A stretch of 64,000 nt of DNA from Octopus sinensis. Taxonomy: Eukaryota. The notes below the pieces were generated by a model that saw only the letters and a list, made by a program, of their open reading frames with translations, was not told the DNA's origin and did no database searches. The translations under genes and the position numbers were made by a program. This document shows positions 38,886-52,627 of this stretch, in pieces (positions within the stretch are counted from its first letter, which is position 1; every line of letters starts with the position of its first letter). The stretch spans positions 49,538,001 through 49,602,000 of the forward strand of contig NC_043012.1 of the NCBI RefSeq assembly GCF_006345805.1, in the 5' to 3' direction.

Positions 38886-40174
38886 ATATTGCGCATGTAT
38901 ATATGCATATAATATGATTATATAAATATACAGATTTCTTTGTAGAGCGAGTCGATTTCGTTTGAATGCCCATTTGTTTTGCTTGTTTTACTTGTTATTT
39001 TTTTTTTTATCTCGGAAGATAAGTTTTGAAAAAGTCTGAAGCAATATGAAAGCATCGCTTAACTGTTGTTAAACGACTTCTGAAACTTGAAAGGGAGACT
39101 AATTGGCTTTTGTGATAGGGTTATTTCACTGTTAAATCATCTATATTTGTTAGTGGGTTTCTAAATATGGTTCTATCTTTCTTCTTTTTATTGCCTCTTC
39201 ATCTCTCCCTCTCTCATTCTCTCCCACGCACGCACACACACACTCTCTCTCTCGCTCTTTCTCTCATTCTCTCTTGTTTTCTCTTTTGTTGCAACTCGTA
39301 TGTAGTGAGAGTTAGCTATATGTGTGTTGGTGCATACAAACACTTACGGTGTACAGAGCTGATGAGAGACTTTATTAAATAATGGTCCAATTTTGAGAGA
39401 ATGCAAATGTTGATAACTAAACTTGAAGAACAGTTCGTACATAGCAGGTGCTAACTAAGTTAGGGAATGCTTCCGATAAATCCCAGACGCTCAGATCAGC
39501 CATTGGTGATGGCAAACCACTGTAGATTAATGACAGATAATTGAATAAAACACAGCATATATATATTATATGTGGAGCTGATACTAAATGCCCCTTTTTA
39601 TGTAGATGTTATTTATTTTCTTTGTCCTCTTGTTTCTGGTGGGTTTTTATTCTTTTCGGAAAGAGAAAATGATTTCTGTAGTGGTAGTACGAGTGTTTAG
39701 TATATGTATCTGTGGGGTGTGTGTGCGTATGATGTCTTTGAGATATATCATCGGAGTTTCTAGAGAGCAATGATGTTGCTGAATTGTAAATACAGCGATG
39801 TGTACAGATGTTGCTGGTGTAGTTGATTATAGGACCATAGAGACACTAAATTAAACAACTGGCTATGTTTAAAAGTAGAGTATTAATAAGATTAGTGATC
39901 TAATAGGCGATAGCTGTAGCATTGACAGGAAATAGTATCATTCGATGGAAAATGGATATCAACCAGAAAGGAAAAAAGAATGCCATAGAAGACAAAACAA
40001 GAAAAAATATATATCTGTTGTAAAAGTGATATTATTTTTGTAACAATATCTGTAACTCGAACGATAAAAAAAATGTAATTAAGCAAAATTTCAACTAGTT
40101 TATGTTGAATTAGCGTTAGGGTTAATGATGTTCAACATGTAATAAATCGTAAATGTGTCAGAAGGAAAACATAA

Positions 40175-40430
40175 ATAAGTCATCAGAAATATGAGTGATT
40201 CATCATAATTAAACCATCAATATCATGATCAATAAGTCATCAATAAGTCGACAATATCTCATTCATATCTTCAACAATAAAATCACCGATAAATCACTAT
40301 GTCATCGACAAATGATCAAAAGTACATCAATGAATCATCAATGTGCTATCAGTTACATCTTCAATTGTCAATGATTATCAGTATGTCATCGAATGGACTC
40401 CTTCCCAATTTTTCACTATGTCATCATGAT
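40175..40430 (+). repeat. Degenerate ~11-bp minisatellite (tcatcaataag)
   Basis: Repeated tcatcaat/tcaataag variants. Confidence 0.6.
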
Positions 40431-41244
40431 ACGAAGCCCCAAACCCTGTTAATAATACGAATAGTAATAATAATGGTTTTAATATAATACTGAATAAGTT
40501 TCAAGACGATTCTTAAAACGTCATCACTATTGCGGAATTTGTTCTTTCTCCAAAAAATGAAAAGTAAGTTAAATACTTCACCGTTACTACATCATCAGCA
40601 CCATTATCAATAATTTGACAATAATACCGCCTCCAATAATATTGTGAAACGTGTTATAAATGCATCTCATTTTCTTTCGCAACCTTCAAAAGTGATATTA
40701 AACTGAGAGTCTATCAGAAAAAGTGACGTCACAGCAATCACTCTCTTCTGAAGTGTCAGTCTCTAATCTAGGATGTGATCCACCACGATTCAGTTTCAGA
40801 GCAACTTGCAAAAGTCGATGCTAGAGCCAAGTTTCCTAGCACGACAGAGTTGAGATCGCTAGCATTTTTTTTTCGAATCTGTTGTGGTGGAAATATATGG
40901 TACCATGTTCACGGAACCACTTCCATAGCCAAATTGGGAAGAAGAGAGATGCTATCCAGTGGGATGAATTCCATGAAATGCAATAGCTCTTTCAGGGTAT
41001 CTTCCTCTCATAAGTCAGTCGCCATTTTGTCATACGGGACCACGATACATGCAGATGAATTACCGTAGTATAATATGTCTATCTTATTAAAAATAATCTA
41101 GAGCCACCTAACGGGCTTATGCAGTCCAGACTCCATTGTTAAAGATTTTAAATCTAATATCCTGTTTTAATTTCATACGACCCTGTCTAAATATGGTAGA
41201 GGTTGCAAGTGAAGTATTATGACTCCAGTTAGAAATTTGAACGC

Positions 41245-41416
41245 TAATATTGGTTTCAAATTTTGGCACAAGGCCAGCAATTTTGTGGGACAGGGCTAAG
41301 TCGATTACATCCGTGCCGATAAAATAAGTAGTAGTTGAGTACTGGTGTCGATGAACTCGACTAAGCCCTTCCCCTAAAGCTGCTGGCCTTGTGCCAAAAT
41401 TTTGAAACCAATATTA
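41245..41416. mobile_element. Fold-back of two family B SINE 3' tails
   Basis: taatattggtttcaaattttggcacaaggccagca ... tgctggccttgtgccaaaattttgaaaccaatatta. Confidence 0.85.
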
Positions 41417-43444
41417 AACCAATTTTGGAATCAATATTAAATATGTTACATATTTATAAACGAGACAGTTGGATTCGAACCAAGACAAAGTGTGCATCAG
41501 TAGTTTTTAACTCTGAATGATCTCCAAAACATATTTGACATTATTAAATCGAAAGTCTGATAAATTGGAATTGTGATATTAATGCTTACGTACATGTTGT
41601 CTTAGAAGTGAAATAATTTGAACACAAAACCTCAGTACATGAGGAGTTCACCGGCAACAGTGAAGGTGGAATCAAAAACAAAAGCATACAAAAATTTTGG
41701 AAATCTCAAAACCCTCTACAAAAAAATTTTCCTGAACGCCCTTTGGCAGTATACTGGACAAATTCATACTAGTTTCTTTAGCTTGAGGTTAGAATCTATG
41801 AAACGATATACCTTTGCATCAGGAATTAGAAAAATGAGTTCTGCAAGCTAATAAACGATTTCTGAAATAGAAAGTTCTCCTGGTAATATAATGAGGAAAT
41901 ATGTCTCATGGGGTACTTACTTGAAGTTACACGGACTGGAATATTGAGTAGTTCATTGTACTGGTTACTGGGATAGCCCCATAAACTTCTGATATCTTAT
42001 TATCTCTAGCAATAAATCAACTTAGTAACAATATCATGAAATTATCTAGTTCAGCTATCTCACTTTGTGCTGAAAGAAACGATAAATTTGAAAGTAATTT
42101 AATTTTAAAAATAACACGGAATTCTTTTCTATGTAATGAATCTAGGTTATGATAATCAGTTAGATCTTGTGTTTGAAGACAATTATTATGTTGGTCTGCG
42201 AAGCAGCACGAAAATGTACGTTTCAATATAGCATCCCTGCTCTCATTCTCCCCGTAAGCAATTTTAAAATTTCGAATTTTTTATGTTTTGGGGGATACTC
42301 ATGAATGTCACATTAACTCCTGTTCCCTTTTTGTTAAAAAAAATTAGGGCATTTGCGATCATTTAAAAGAAAATCAATGAATATTACTGAAGATAAGTAA
42401 CGCGAAACAACATTAAATTTTCGTTAGGATATTGTTTTGTTTCAACTACATTGATTTTTCTGCCAGACATTCTCACAATAAATATCTAGTTTTACCCAAC
42501 TAAAGAATGGACGTCATTGTGTTTGCGTGATATAAAGTGATATTAAGGGTCACTGATGAACCAACATTTCGACCCCGGCATCGAAACGCGTTGATGAATA
42601 ATTAGCAACCACAATGCACGTAACTTGGAGGAGAAAACTAAGTAATTAATCAGTGTTATTCTCATGGTTGTCACCTGATTAGCTACGAAGGCAATTTATT
42701 TCACTCACTGTGATGTCTCGCTTTAGAAGGTTGGCAAATTGACAACAAAGTTCGTAGCAATAACAGTATCATTTATTTAAAATTAGACAACAGGGAAACA
42801 GCAAGAAACTATGCACACAATAAACACATTGTTTGTCCTTGATTATGAGAAGAGACCTTATGTTTTAGAAGAGAATAAATGGGAATTTGTTATTTAAACT
42901 CCTTACAACTTGGTGGTAAGGAGTGTAAATATAAAGGGATTGGAACTAATTTCGAACCATGTAAGGGAATTGAAACTAGTTTCAACAAGAACTCGACCAC
43001 AAAAATTTATAACAAGGCGTCTGTTTTCTAATCAATGGTACCCAATACATGCATAACAAAAGTATGTAAGTCTTGGTAAATTTTTATGGACATTTACAGT
43101 TGTAATTGGAGAAACATTGCTTTAATTAAGAGCTGAAAATATTTCATAATTTGTTGTGAAGTCTTATAATGTTTGTTACTGACGATTAGTTATAAGGAAA
43201 ATTCCATAAAAGATGAACAAGAGTAGAGTCGGTGGAAGGATTCAGTTCTCTTTAGAGAAGTTATTCCATTAAAATATGTTCATTTCATTCATCCCGGAAA
43301 GACAAAATGAAATGTTTACTCAGGTGAAACACGAATTTAGATCGTAAAGAGTAAATGTAGGACGTTGTCTAATACGGTGCTCTGTAGATTCGGCTTTACA
43401 GCAGTATTCAGTTTCCTATATGCATACCTGTATGTGCGTGTGTT

Positions 43445-43490
<46 letters not shown>

Positions 43491-44199
43491 AAAGAGAGAG
43501 AGAGTGTGTGTGTTGCGTGTGTGTGTGAGAGTGTGTGCGTGTGTATGTATATGCGCGAGTGGGCCTGTGATTGTGCTACATATAGTTGTCTTGACAAATA
43601 AAGATGCCTAGTCTCATAAAATGAATCTTGGGTATAATATATATGTGTGTGTGTGCATGTGTGTGTGTGTTTGATTGTGTGTGTGTGTGTATGTGTGTGC
43701 ACGCGTGTTTGTGTGTGTGTGCCTGCATGTATATACACGTACATGTATATAATTATATACGGGCTTCGTATGTTTAGAGATATTAGCGAATTGAATAAGT
43801 GGATATTGACACACTATATTCTCAGCAAAATTTATGGTCCATCCTGGAAATAATGATCAAAGAAAAATCGTTAAGGTCTAATAAGGTTTTAACCATACAG
43901 AAAACTAGAATAGAGGGAAACTTAGTTTAAAACTTAAAAGCAGCACTAGGAAGGTTATAGCAACTAACGCGAACAAATTAAGATTCGTCCTTGGCATATT
44001 CTCCAACGTAAAGCATGGAAGCTCCTTTTGAGAGATAATGGCGCTTGCTCTATGATAGGAGGGGAGAAAAGTCGTCCAATAAACCCGAATGGGAAAGGCG
44101 CAACGTGGCAACGAAGCCAAATTCGGACATCTTTGTTTCTCGAACACAGTCTAAGGTATTTCTCATTTTAGCAGCACTTAGCTTGAATATTCAGGACGA

Positions 44200-44310
44200 G
44201 CTAAGCGCTTGCATTCTTTCAAGGCTGATAAAATATGTACCAGTTGAAAATTAGGGCCGATTTACCCCCTCCTCAGAGTTGCTAGCCTTGGGCCAACATT
44301 TGAAACCATT
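44200..44310 (+). mobile_element. Family B SINE 3' fragment
   Basis: gataaaatatgtaccagttg...gccttgggccaacatttgaaacc. Confidence 0.65.
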
Positions 44311-44579
44311 ATTATAATTATTGGAAATGCAGGGAAGTTGCAGAATTGTTTGAGCTTCAAAAAAAAATATATATATATCGTGTAGTATTTGTTCCATTTT
44401 CTTTTATCCTACATGCAAATCTTGCTGTGGTCAACTTCACCTTTCAAGCCACCGTGGTCTAGAGAATAAAGTCACAGTCAACTGCAAATTTCAATGGCAG
44501 TGACTGACCACGCTCACAAATTATATTTCTTATGCTTACGCTACATATAACAACAACAACAGCAGCAACAACAAAACTG

Positions 44580-44900
44580 TTAGACTTACATGGTTTTGTT
44601 CTGCGCTCTTTCAAGTTGAGAGTTCGCAGCTCTGGTTTTACGGATCGTTTATTAGAATGTAGCAGGGAGGAATCGGAAGACAGATTCTTTAAGCTGCACC
44701 AACCGGATGGAGATCTTAGGGTGGACTTAAAACGAAGTGATTGGATATCATCTATAATCTCAGTTGGTCACGCTTGGGAATCCAGCCAGAAAGTGTAATG
44801 ACGGTTGCATCTGATAGGAACCTATGGAAGAATTCCCGAGGACACTACCCCCACGAAATTCCCAGGAATACTGGGCAGAGTGGGAGGATTGATAAAGAGA
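44580..44900 (+). mobile_element. RTE-type LINE 3' end
   Basis: Translation ...[30 protein letters not shown] matches the RTE C-terminal WxDxIxxL...AxDRxxW pattern. Confidence 0.65.
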
Positions 44901-44916
44901 TAAACAAAGTATGTAT

Positions 44917-44993
<77 letters not shown>

Positions 44994-45017
44994 ATATACA
45001 TATATACATATACACAT

Positions 45018-45067
<50 letters not shown>

Positions 45068-45068
<1 letters not shown>

Positions 45069-45336
45069 GGAGTAAACACATAAATGTGAAACAAGGTGGA
45101 AAAAAGAGTACTCAAATACCAGTGGTAGAGTAATATGCTTTATTTTAAGCAGCAGAAAATTCAACAAAATCTGTTACTCTGAGTTTCTCGTTGCCGTTCA
45201 TCAGACAGTTTTTGCTAGAATGGAACATATATATAAATTTATATATATGTTCCATTCTAGCAAAAACTGTCTGATGAACGGCAACGAGAAACTCAGAGTA
45301 ACAGATTTTGTTGAATTTTCTGCTGCTTAAAATAAA

Positions 45337-45342
<6 letters not shown>
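45068..45342. mobile_element. Penelope-like pLTR fragment with a perfect 200-bp palindrome
   Basis: 45138-45337 is a loopless perfect palindrome centred on aaa|ttt. The left arm continues to 45068, and both sides are (TA)n. Confidence 0.85.
45267..45304 (+). ncRNA. Minimal type I hammerhead ribozyme (mirror copy on the minus strand at 45171-45208)
   Basis: cugu CUGAUGA a cg gcaa cg a GAAA cucagag UA acag. Stem I is cugu/acag (extendable to caaaaacugu/acagauuuug), stem II is a short GNRA-capped hairpin with an A-A at 10.1/11.1, and stem III acucagagu is palindromic. Confidence 0.8.
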
Positions 45343-45419
<77 letters not shown>

Positions 45420-47279
45420 ATAGATAGGTAGATAGATAAACACACACACATATACTGAAGTACTGGTGCTGTTCTCTTCAATTTTGATGTTAACAAGAGC
45501 AGAGTAGCGTTGGGGTACTGCGACGGTGCTAATGAATTTTTTTTTTTAATGCAAGATTAAGTAGTGGCTGGTTCGATCCACTGGAGTACTGTATATCGAA
45601 TTAAGGATATTTATGCCATTTTAACTCAAATGAAAATATTTGGAACTTCACATGGTTTCCAGGAGTTGTATGATACATATGAAAAACAGAACAAGAATCC
45701 AAATCTGGTATTTCTTGATGAAAGCAATGTGGCTTACATTATCCAGTCTGCGGCACACATTGTAAGCTGTAGCTTTTGTTTTCTCCGTTTAAAACGAAAC
45801 CTCTGAATTTTGGAAGCGAGGAATAATGAGAAGTGGTCGTTCCTAATGTTCTCTCATAAAATATAATTAGTAGCATGATACTTCTGAAATAATTTCAACC
45901 GAGAATCGAAACTGTGTCACGGCCCCAATTTGGTGAAAGCGAAGCACACGTTGCTGCACGAAATACAGAAAGTGTAAAATTTATTGATGGTACACAAGAC
46001 ATTAATAGATACAATTATATCTCGTTAAAGCAAACATGTTGATGTTAAAAGGATCTTTTGATGCTGTAGTAAGTCTCAGGGGACTAAATAAACTACTAAT
46101 GAGAAAACTGTCTATTCTAGTTTTAATTATATTTTATTTACAATATGGCTGAGAGGAAGTACGTTGAGTTTGCAAAACGCTCTCCTGGGGTACTTTTCTT
46201 CAGCCGTATTGTTGATGTTCATTATCCGCGTCTCTGTTTTGGTCACTTACGATATTGCCAGATGTACATTATATGCTTTGCCGAGGATGTTTAATAAAGC
46301 TGAAACATTATTTCATCGGTCGATATTAATGCAAGATCCAATTCCACTGTAACAATTTTATGTTGAAAAAAAATTTTTATCAAGTAATCTGTTTAGATTT
46401 ATACCATTTGCTTTTACAACATCTTAACTTAATTTCCAAATTTTCTCTGTTAAATATATGACTATATACAGCGTGCAATGTTTTGTATTTAGTTAGTGGA
46501 GAGAGGGAGGAATGAAAGCTGTCACCACGTTGTAAAACACTAAATGTTTAAATATAATTAAATATGTTTCGATCTGAAACATGCAACTACTGCACGTAAT
46601 GCAATTAATGTAATGCTAAAATAATATACTTTAGTGAAGCTTGCTCTGCACTGAGCGAGACGGTTTATCAGTGACCCCGATCTTAGATTTATAAAGATTT
46701 TGGCTCTATCAGATATGCAAGAGAATAAATTGGTAAATGAAATCAGTGCATGTATGTGTGTTTATTGACCATCAATAAAATTCTAGCGAATTATGAAATG
46801 ATGCATGACATTACATTGCAAATGCGTTATTTCTCTGATTTCCATGAGTTTCGCATAGTTATGAGCCCTATGCTAACGATGTTGATAGTCTTTATCTTTG
46901 TAGGATAACATCATTTTTTCTGTACTACTAAATCTCGATAAACTGGTAGCTGCTTTCAAAAGTTAATATTTTACAACGCTGTCATCACAACGTTTGCCGT
47001 AATATTTAAAACTTCTTGTGTTTAGTTTGTTAATTTCCGCATGGAATACCGGATTGAAAATATTTTCTTATCATCTTTATCGACTGCTAAATGTCCCATC
47101 TGTGCTCTCGTTATTTCTGTCTGTTCAATCTGATCTTAAATAATGTAGTCCAGATCAATTCTAGAACAACTCTCCTGATAGTCATTGAAGATACAAAGAA
47201 AAGAAGCTTCGGCATTTTCTGAAGAATTCAGACATTTTAATGACGCCGTAAACTAGATATGATAATAATGACCTAATTT

Positions 47280-48725
47280 AAAATTTGACAGTTGTCACAT
47301 CGCTCCATGCAATAAATCACAGCTAATTGTTAAATGTGGAAGTCAACACGTTATTCCATACGTGCTAATAGTATCCTCAGTTTCTAAAATTCTTGCCACG
47401 ATCCCTAAAGTTGATACAGATATTTTATAATCGATTCTTTTTTAGGAATAGTACTGTTTCTCTCCGCAGAGATGAAATAGATAAGGTTACTGAAAATCTG
47501 TTGTACATGGAACTTAGAAAGAGAGAGTCTAGCATAAAACTGGACAAATTAACTATAAACGTAGCAAGCATTTTTAATGACGTATAGTCTTTTTTGTTAA
47601 AGAAAAATAAAGTCTTTGAAGAAATTGTTCTAAATCATTCATAACAGATACAAAGAGGGGAGCAATTTTTAAAGTTTCTTTTTTAAAAAAATAGTACCTC
47701 GAAGTTAAGAACCCCAGCCACCAAAAAATAAAATTAAATAAAACATACATATCAATAAAATGGTATCGTTCGCTACTGATGGTACACGATCTGTGACAGT
47801 GCTTTCGAATCATATATGGAAAAGAAGTGTCTTATATGTTGGCTGTTCACTGTGTAATTCATCGGCATTACTCCGAAAAAAGTTCGTGAGTAGCTGATTT
47901 ATAACCACGAGAAAATCAAAACTCAGGTTTTAAACATTAAGCTTCCCCATCAATTTTGTGGCAAATGAAGAAAGTTGAAACATTACTTGCCGACATTGAA
48001 GTCCGATATATTTGTTCCAGTTGCCGAATTTTTACCTATAAATCGTTATGGTTTAACTAGCTAAAGGCATTGACTATATTTGTAGAGATGTGCTTTAATT
48101 TATTGCAAGGCGAATACGGGGAATTTGCAAATGCAAGGAGACAATTTAAATTTGAAACACGCACAGAATGTAGTCTGCAGGTTTGTAAGTAACATTGAAT
48201 TGTACACGCGAAACAGTGGCCGAAGGGATTTTTGTCAGTTTCCATCAATGAAGATCCATTCAAAATAATTTACAGATGATAGTCTGAGGACCTACTCAAC
48301 ACATTTGCGACAATCAAAGGAATATTTGAGTGAACTTTTAATGATTTAATTAAACCAAGAATTCTTAACTGCATAAAAATCACATTTGTGTTCAAAATAG
48401 AACACAAAAATTGATTCAGAGGAGACAAACATTGATTCACAATACGATGAAGAAATAAAGATTTCTGAAAATCAAAAACTGTATTAAATATGGTTCCAAT
48501 GTCGTCAGTAATATCCTAACTGTTGAAGGAATCCAATCTAATTTTATTGCTATTACATTCTACTTCATGGTGGGAAAATGTTTTAGGACAGGAAATCAAA
48601 TTTTGATGAAGAATAGAAACCGAATGAATTGTAGTACTGCGTGGGTTTTATGATCTCCTTCGTAAAATTTACAACCAAATATTGCAAACTTTCTGATGTT
48701 CATCAACTACAGGGATCACATTAAT
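47280..48725 (+). pseudogene. Decayed hAT (Charlie/Buster, ZBED5/SCAND3-like) transposase
   Basis: NSTVSLRRDEI, SIKLDKLT, VSFATDG, AVHCVIHRH (CxxH), EVR, KNRNRMN and terminal QPNIA..HQLQGSH* occur in the expected order, with stops and frameshifts. Confidence 0.8.
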
Positions 48726-48810
48726 AAACTGCGTGTGTTATTTCAATTATTCTTCTTCTAATCATTATAATATAATGATGTGTTATTATGATTGTTCTAT
48801 TCTTATTCTG

Positions 48811-49063
48811 AAGGCACGTGGCCTAGTGGTTAGAATATTCAATTCTCGGTCGTTGTCTCCTTGAGCAAGATATTTTATTTCTCGTTGCTCCAACCCACTC
48901 AGCTGACGAAACTGAGATGTACACATAATTGAAAGGGCCAGCCTTCTCAAGTTCTCTGTCACACTGAATCCGCCAGGGACTTTGCATTTTAATTTCATGA
49001 GCAGGCTGTTCAAATGATCGGATCAACTAAAACATACGTTGTCGTAACCGACGAAGTACCAGT
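48811..49063 (+). mobile_element. tRNA-derived SINE (family C)
   Basis: aaggcacgtggcctagtggttagaa head; body matches 78-389. Confidence 0.75.
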
Positions 49064-50056
49064 GTTTTCTTTCTTATTAGCATTGTAGAATTTATAAGTA
49101 TAGGTACGACAATAAACATCGAAACGTTTTTGGAGGTAAGTGCGGGAAACGTTGGATAACATAGATTTTGAAGATAATGGCTATAACTGGCCGATTTCAG
49201 AAGTTGCAGTTCGTACAAGTTGGATTCGTATCTCTTCCATTATAATGTTTTTAGATTCTATTAACTGACCAAATGACTCTTGATTTTATTAAGCAAGTTA
49301 GGAAGTATGAAGTGTTTTAGGAAACATTTGCACTCTACAGCGGTCATTTTGTGATCACGTGCAACTGTATTTAGGGAAGTCGTTTTATAATTGCCCAAAA
49401 TATAGATGCACTAGTTTTACTCCAGCTTGCCTATTGCAAGAAGAAGCTCCCAAAATGCAGGCAACTTGTTCATAATACTTTGAGCTAAAAAAAAGAGCAA
49501 AATATTATCCTGTTCACACTTGAACATTATTTCTCACAAAATTCTGCCACCCAACCTAATTTTATTAATGATCAAGGTATTACCTACCCTAGCTCTCATT
49601 ATTGATCCTCAAAAAAAAAATCAATTATATTGGGACATAGTTTGCCTATTAATATGATTGGAAAAAAAAACGCACTTTTCCTTCTGTGCACTCGACACTT
49701 TATACTTATATCTTTATTGCATTATTGATATTCTCCCCGTTTTCCGATTTCATGAAATGAATTCGTTTTTTGACACGGGAGAGACGTTTTCAGAAACAGC
49801 AATTTATTAAAAATCAGTGTTCAATAGAAAATATATTCTATATTCGTCATTCGTGGAATATCTGCATTGATTTCCAACATTACTACAAAGGTAACGAATT
49901 GATGAAACAGGATGAAGCCGATTTTATCCCCACCGGTACTAGAATGTCACTTATTTCATTGATGCGCGAAAATCGGAACTCGGGACAGAGAATGGCATAA
50001 TCAAGTGCCGCCAAGCGTGTATTGCCGAAGTCTAATGATTCCTAATGCTTGTATAG

Positions 50057-51366
50057 AAAGCAGGCCAAGCGTCATTCAACGAAGAAAGCGGACCAAGAAT
50101 CATTCAACGAAGAAAGCGGGCCAAGCATCATTGAACGAAGAAAGCGGACCAAGCGTCATTCAACGAAGAAAACGGGCCAAGAATAATTCAACGAAGAATG
50201 CGGATCAAGTGTCATTCAACGAAGAAAGCGGACCAAGCCTCATTCAACGAAGAAAGCGGGCCAAGAATCATTCAACGAAGAAAGCGGACCAAGCCTCATT
50301 CAACGAAGAAAGCGGGCCAAGCATCATTCAACGAAGAAAGCAGACCAAGCGTCAATCAACGACGAAAGCGGGCCAAGCCTCATTCAACGAAGAAAGCGGG
50401 CCAAGCATCATTCAACGAAGAAGGCGGGCCAATCATCATTCAACGAAGAAAGCGGGCCAAGCATCATTCAACGAAGAAAGCGGACCAATCATCATTCAAC
50501 GAAGAAAGCGGACCAAGCATCATTCAACGAAGACAGCGGGCCAAGAATCATTCAATGAAGAAAGCGAGGCAAGCCTCATTCAACGAAGAAAGCGGGTCAA
50601 GCGTCATTCAACGAAGAAGGCGGGAAAGCGTCAGTCAACGAAGAAAGCGGGCCAAGAATCAGTCAACGAAGAAAGCGGACCAAGAATCATTCATCGAAGA
50701 AAGCGGACCAAGCATCATTCAACGAAGAAAGCGGGCCAAGCATCATTCAACGAAGAAAACGGGCCCAGCATCATTCAACGAAGAAAGCGGCCCAGCGTCA
50801 TTCAACGAAGAAAGCGGACCAAGCGTCATTCAATGAAGAAAGCGAGGCAAGCCTCATTCAAGGAACAAAGTGGGTCAAGCATCATTCAACGAAGACAGCG
50901 GGTCAAGCATGATTCAATGAAGAAAGCTGGCCAAGCATCATTCAACGAAGAAAGCGCGCCAAGCATCATTCAACGAAGAAAGCGGACCAAGCGTCATTCA
51001 ACGAAGAAAGCGGACCAAGAATCATTCAACGAAGAAAGCGGACCAAGAATCATTCAACGAAGAAAGCGGACCAAGCGTCATTCAACGAAGAAAGCGCGCC
51101 AAGAATCATTCAACGAAGAAAGCGCGCCAAGCATCATTCAACGAAGAAAGCGGACCAAGAATCATTCAACGAAGAAAGCGGACCAAGCGTCATTCAACGA
51201 AGACAGCGGGCCAAGAATCATTCAAGGAAGAAAGTGGGCCAAGCATCATTCAATGAAGAAAGCGAGCCAAGCCTCATTCAAAGAAGAAAGTGGGTCAAGC
51301 ATCATTCAGCGAACAAAGTCTGCAATGCATATTTCAACGAAGAAAGCTAGCCTAGTCTCATTCAAC
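50057..51366 (+). repeat. 28-bp minisatellite/satellite array, about 46 units, consensus ccaagcatcattcaacgaagaaagcggg
   Basis: Direct inspection; no spacers. The 28-aa periodicity of the overlapping ORF equals 3 x 28 nt. Confidence 0.97.
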
Positions 51367-51548
51367 ATAAGAGCAAAGAAAAATGAAAAGTTCCGCATTC
51401 AATCTTGAGAGTAGTATATAAAGCTTTCAAAACACATGGATACAAGGAATCTCTGTTGATCATCCATATTGAAGGAAATGTTATGGATACTGGAATGCAA
51501 GGAAATCCTTTACTACGGAGAAATATCTGGTATTGGTTTCAAAACAAA

Positions 51549-51778
51549 ACCTTTTGATACCAACCCGGCTAAGACTGCCCTTGCTTCTATTGTACAAACT
51601 CACTATATTAAGTAATGTAAATTAATAAAATCCCATTAAAATTCCTTTTTTATTTACGCTTCAGTTACCTGCTTAGTAATGACCAAGATATTTTACCAAA
51701 TACTTTATCATTTTCAAACTTAATTCATAACAAAACTGCAATGTAGTTCAACAGAAATATTGCAACAAAAGGGTTAAC
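51549..51778. mobile_element. TTAA/CCCTT-type (piggyBac-like) MITE
   Basis: Left end accttttgatacc and right end caacaaaagggttaa are inverted; the right end carries TTAA. Confidence 0.5.
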
Positions 51779-52206
51779 GCACTACGTACCTTGGTCAATA
51801 GTCATAGCAAATTGCTTGTGACGGAATTATTAAGTACTAATATCAACGAGGCATAGATACATTGCAGCCCTCTGATAATTTGAATAGTTGTCATTTGTTC
51901 ATTTTCCAGATGATATCCAGTGCCAGGTGGGTTGCATGAAATATAATATCTATCATAAAATATTTAACAAAAAACCTTGATTTATAATGGATTTTACTAC
52001 AGAAATTACGAAATAAAACATTAAACATTTTTAATGCTGTACAAATTCTAAGAGAGAAAATATCAATGTGATTTTGTTTTCTGAAATATCTCATATGATG
52101 GGTTCCTATCCACACAACTCTTTCATTATTATTTAATCCATTCCTGTAAGAGTACTTCAGTTTCACATTCATTGTCTAATGTCTATGAATACGCATACAC
52201 ACCCAC

Positions 52207-52258
<52 letters not shown>

Positions 52259-52562
52259 TCACTCGCTCAGAATGAAGACAATATGTGTGAATGGTAGAGT
52301 GTAAATATATATATGTATGCGAGCGCACATGCAGAGATGGATGCAAACAGAATTAAATACATACACACAAGCACTCACAGATAAATTGGATGAAAAAAAG
52401 AGAGTGGAGAGACAGTGAAATTATAGACTGTATTTGCTATTGAATATGAAATAACGCTACGTTGACTCAAATTAACAATAGGCGTTTTATTGCATACCTG
52501 CACAGGTTAATTTATAGAACATTGTCCAAATTTACCCATTTTATTCTTCCATTCACTTACTG

Positions 52563-52627
<65 letters not shown>

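Noticed and set aside
42385-42415. CTGAAGA...GAAAC motif
   Set aside because: No stem II or stem III pairing; expected by chance.
42549-42596. CTGATGA...GAAACGCGT hammerhead-like motif
   Set aside because: Stem II and stem I do not pair convincingly; at best a decayed relic.
50057-51366. CRISPR-like regular repeats
   Set aside because: The units are contiguous with no unique spacers, there are no cas genes, and the context is eukaryotic.
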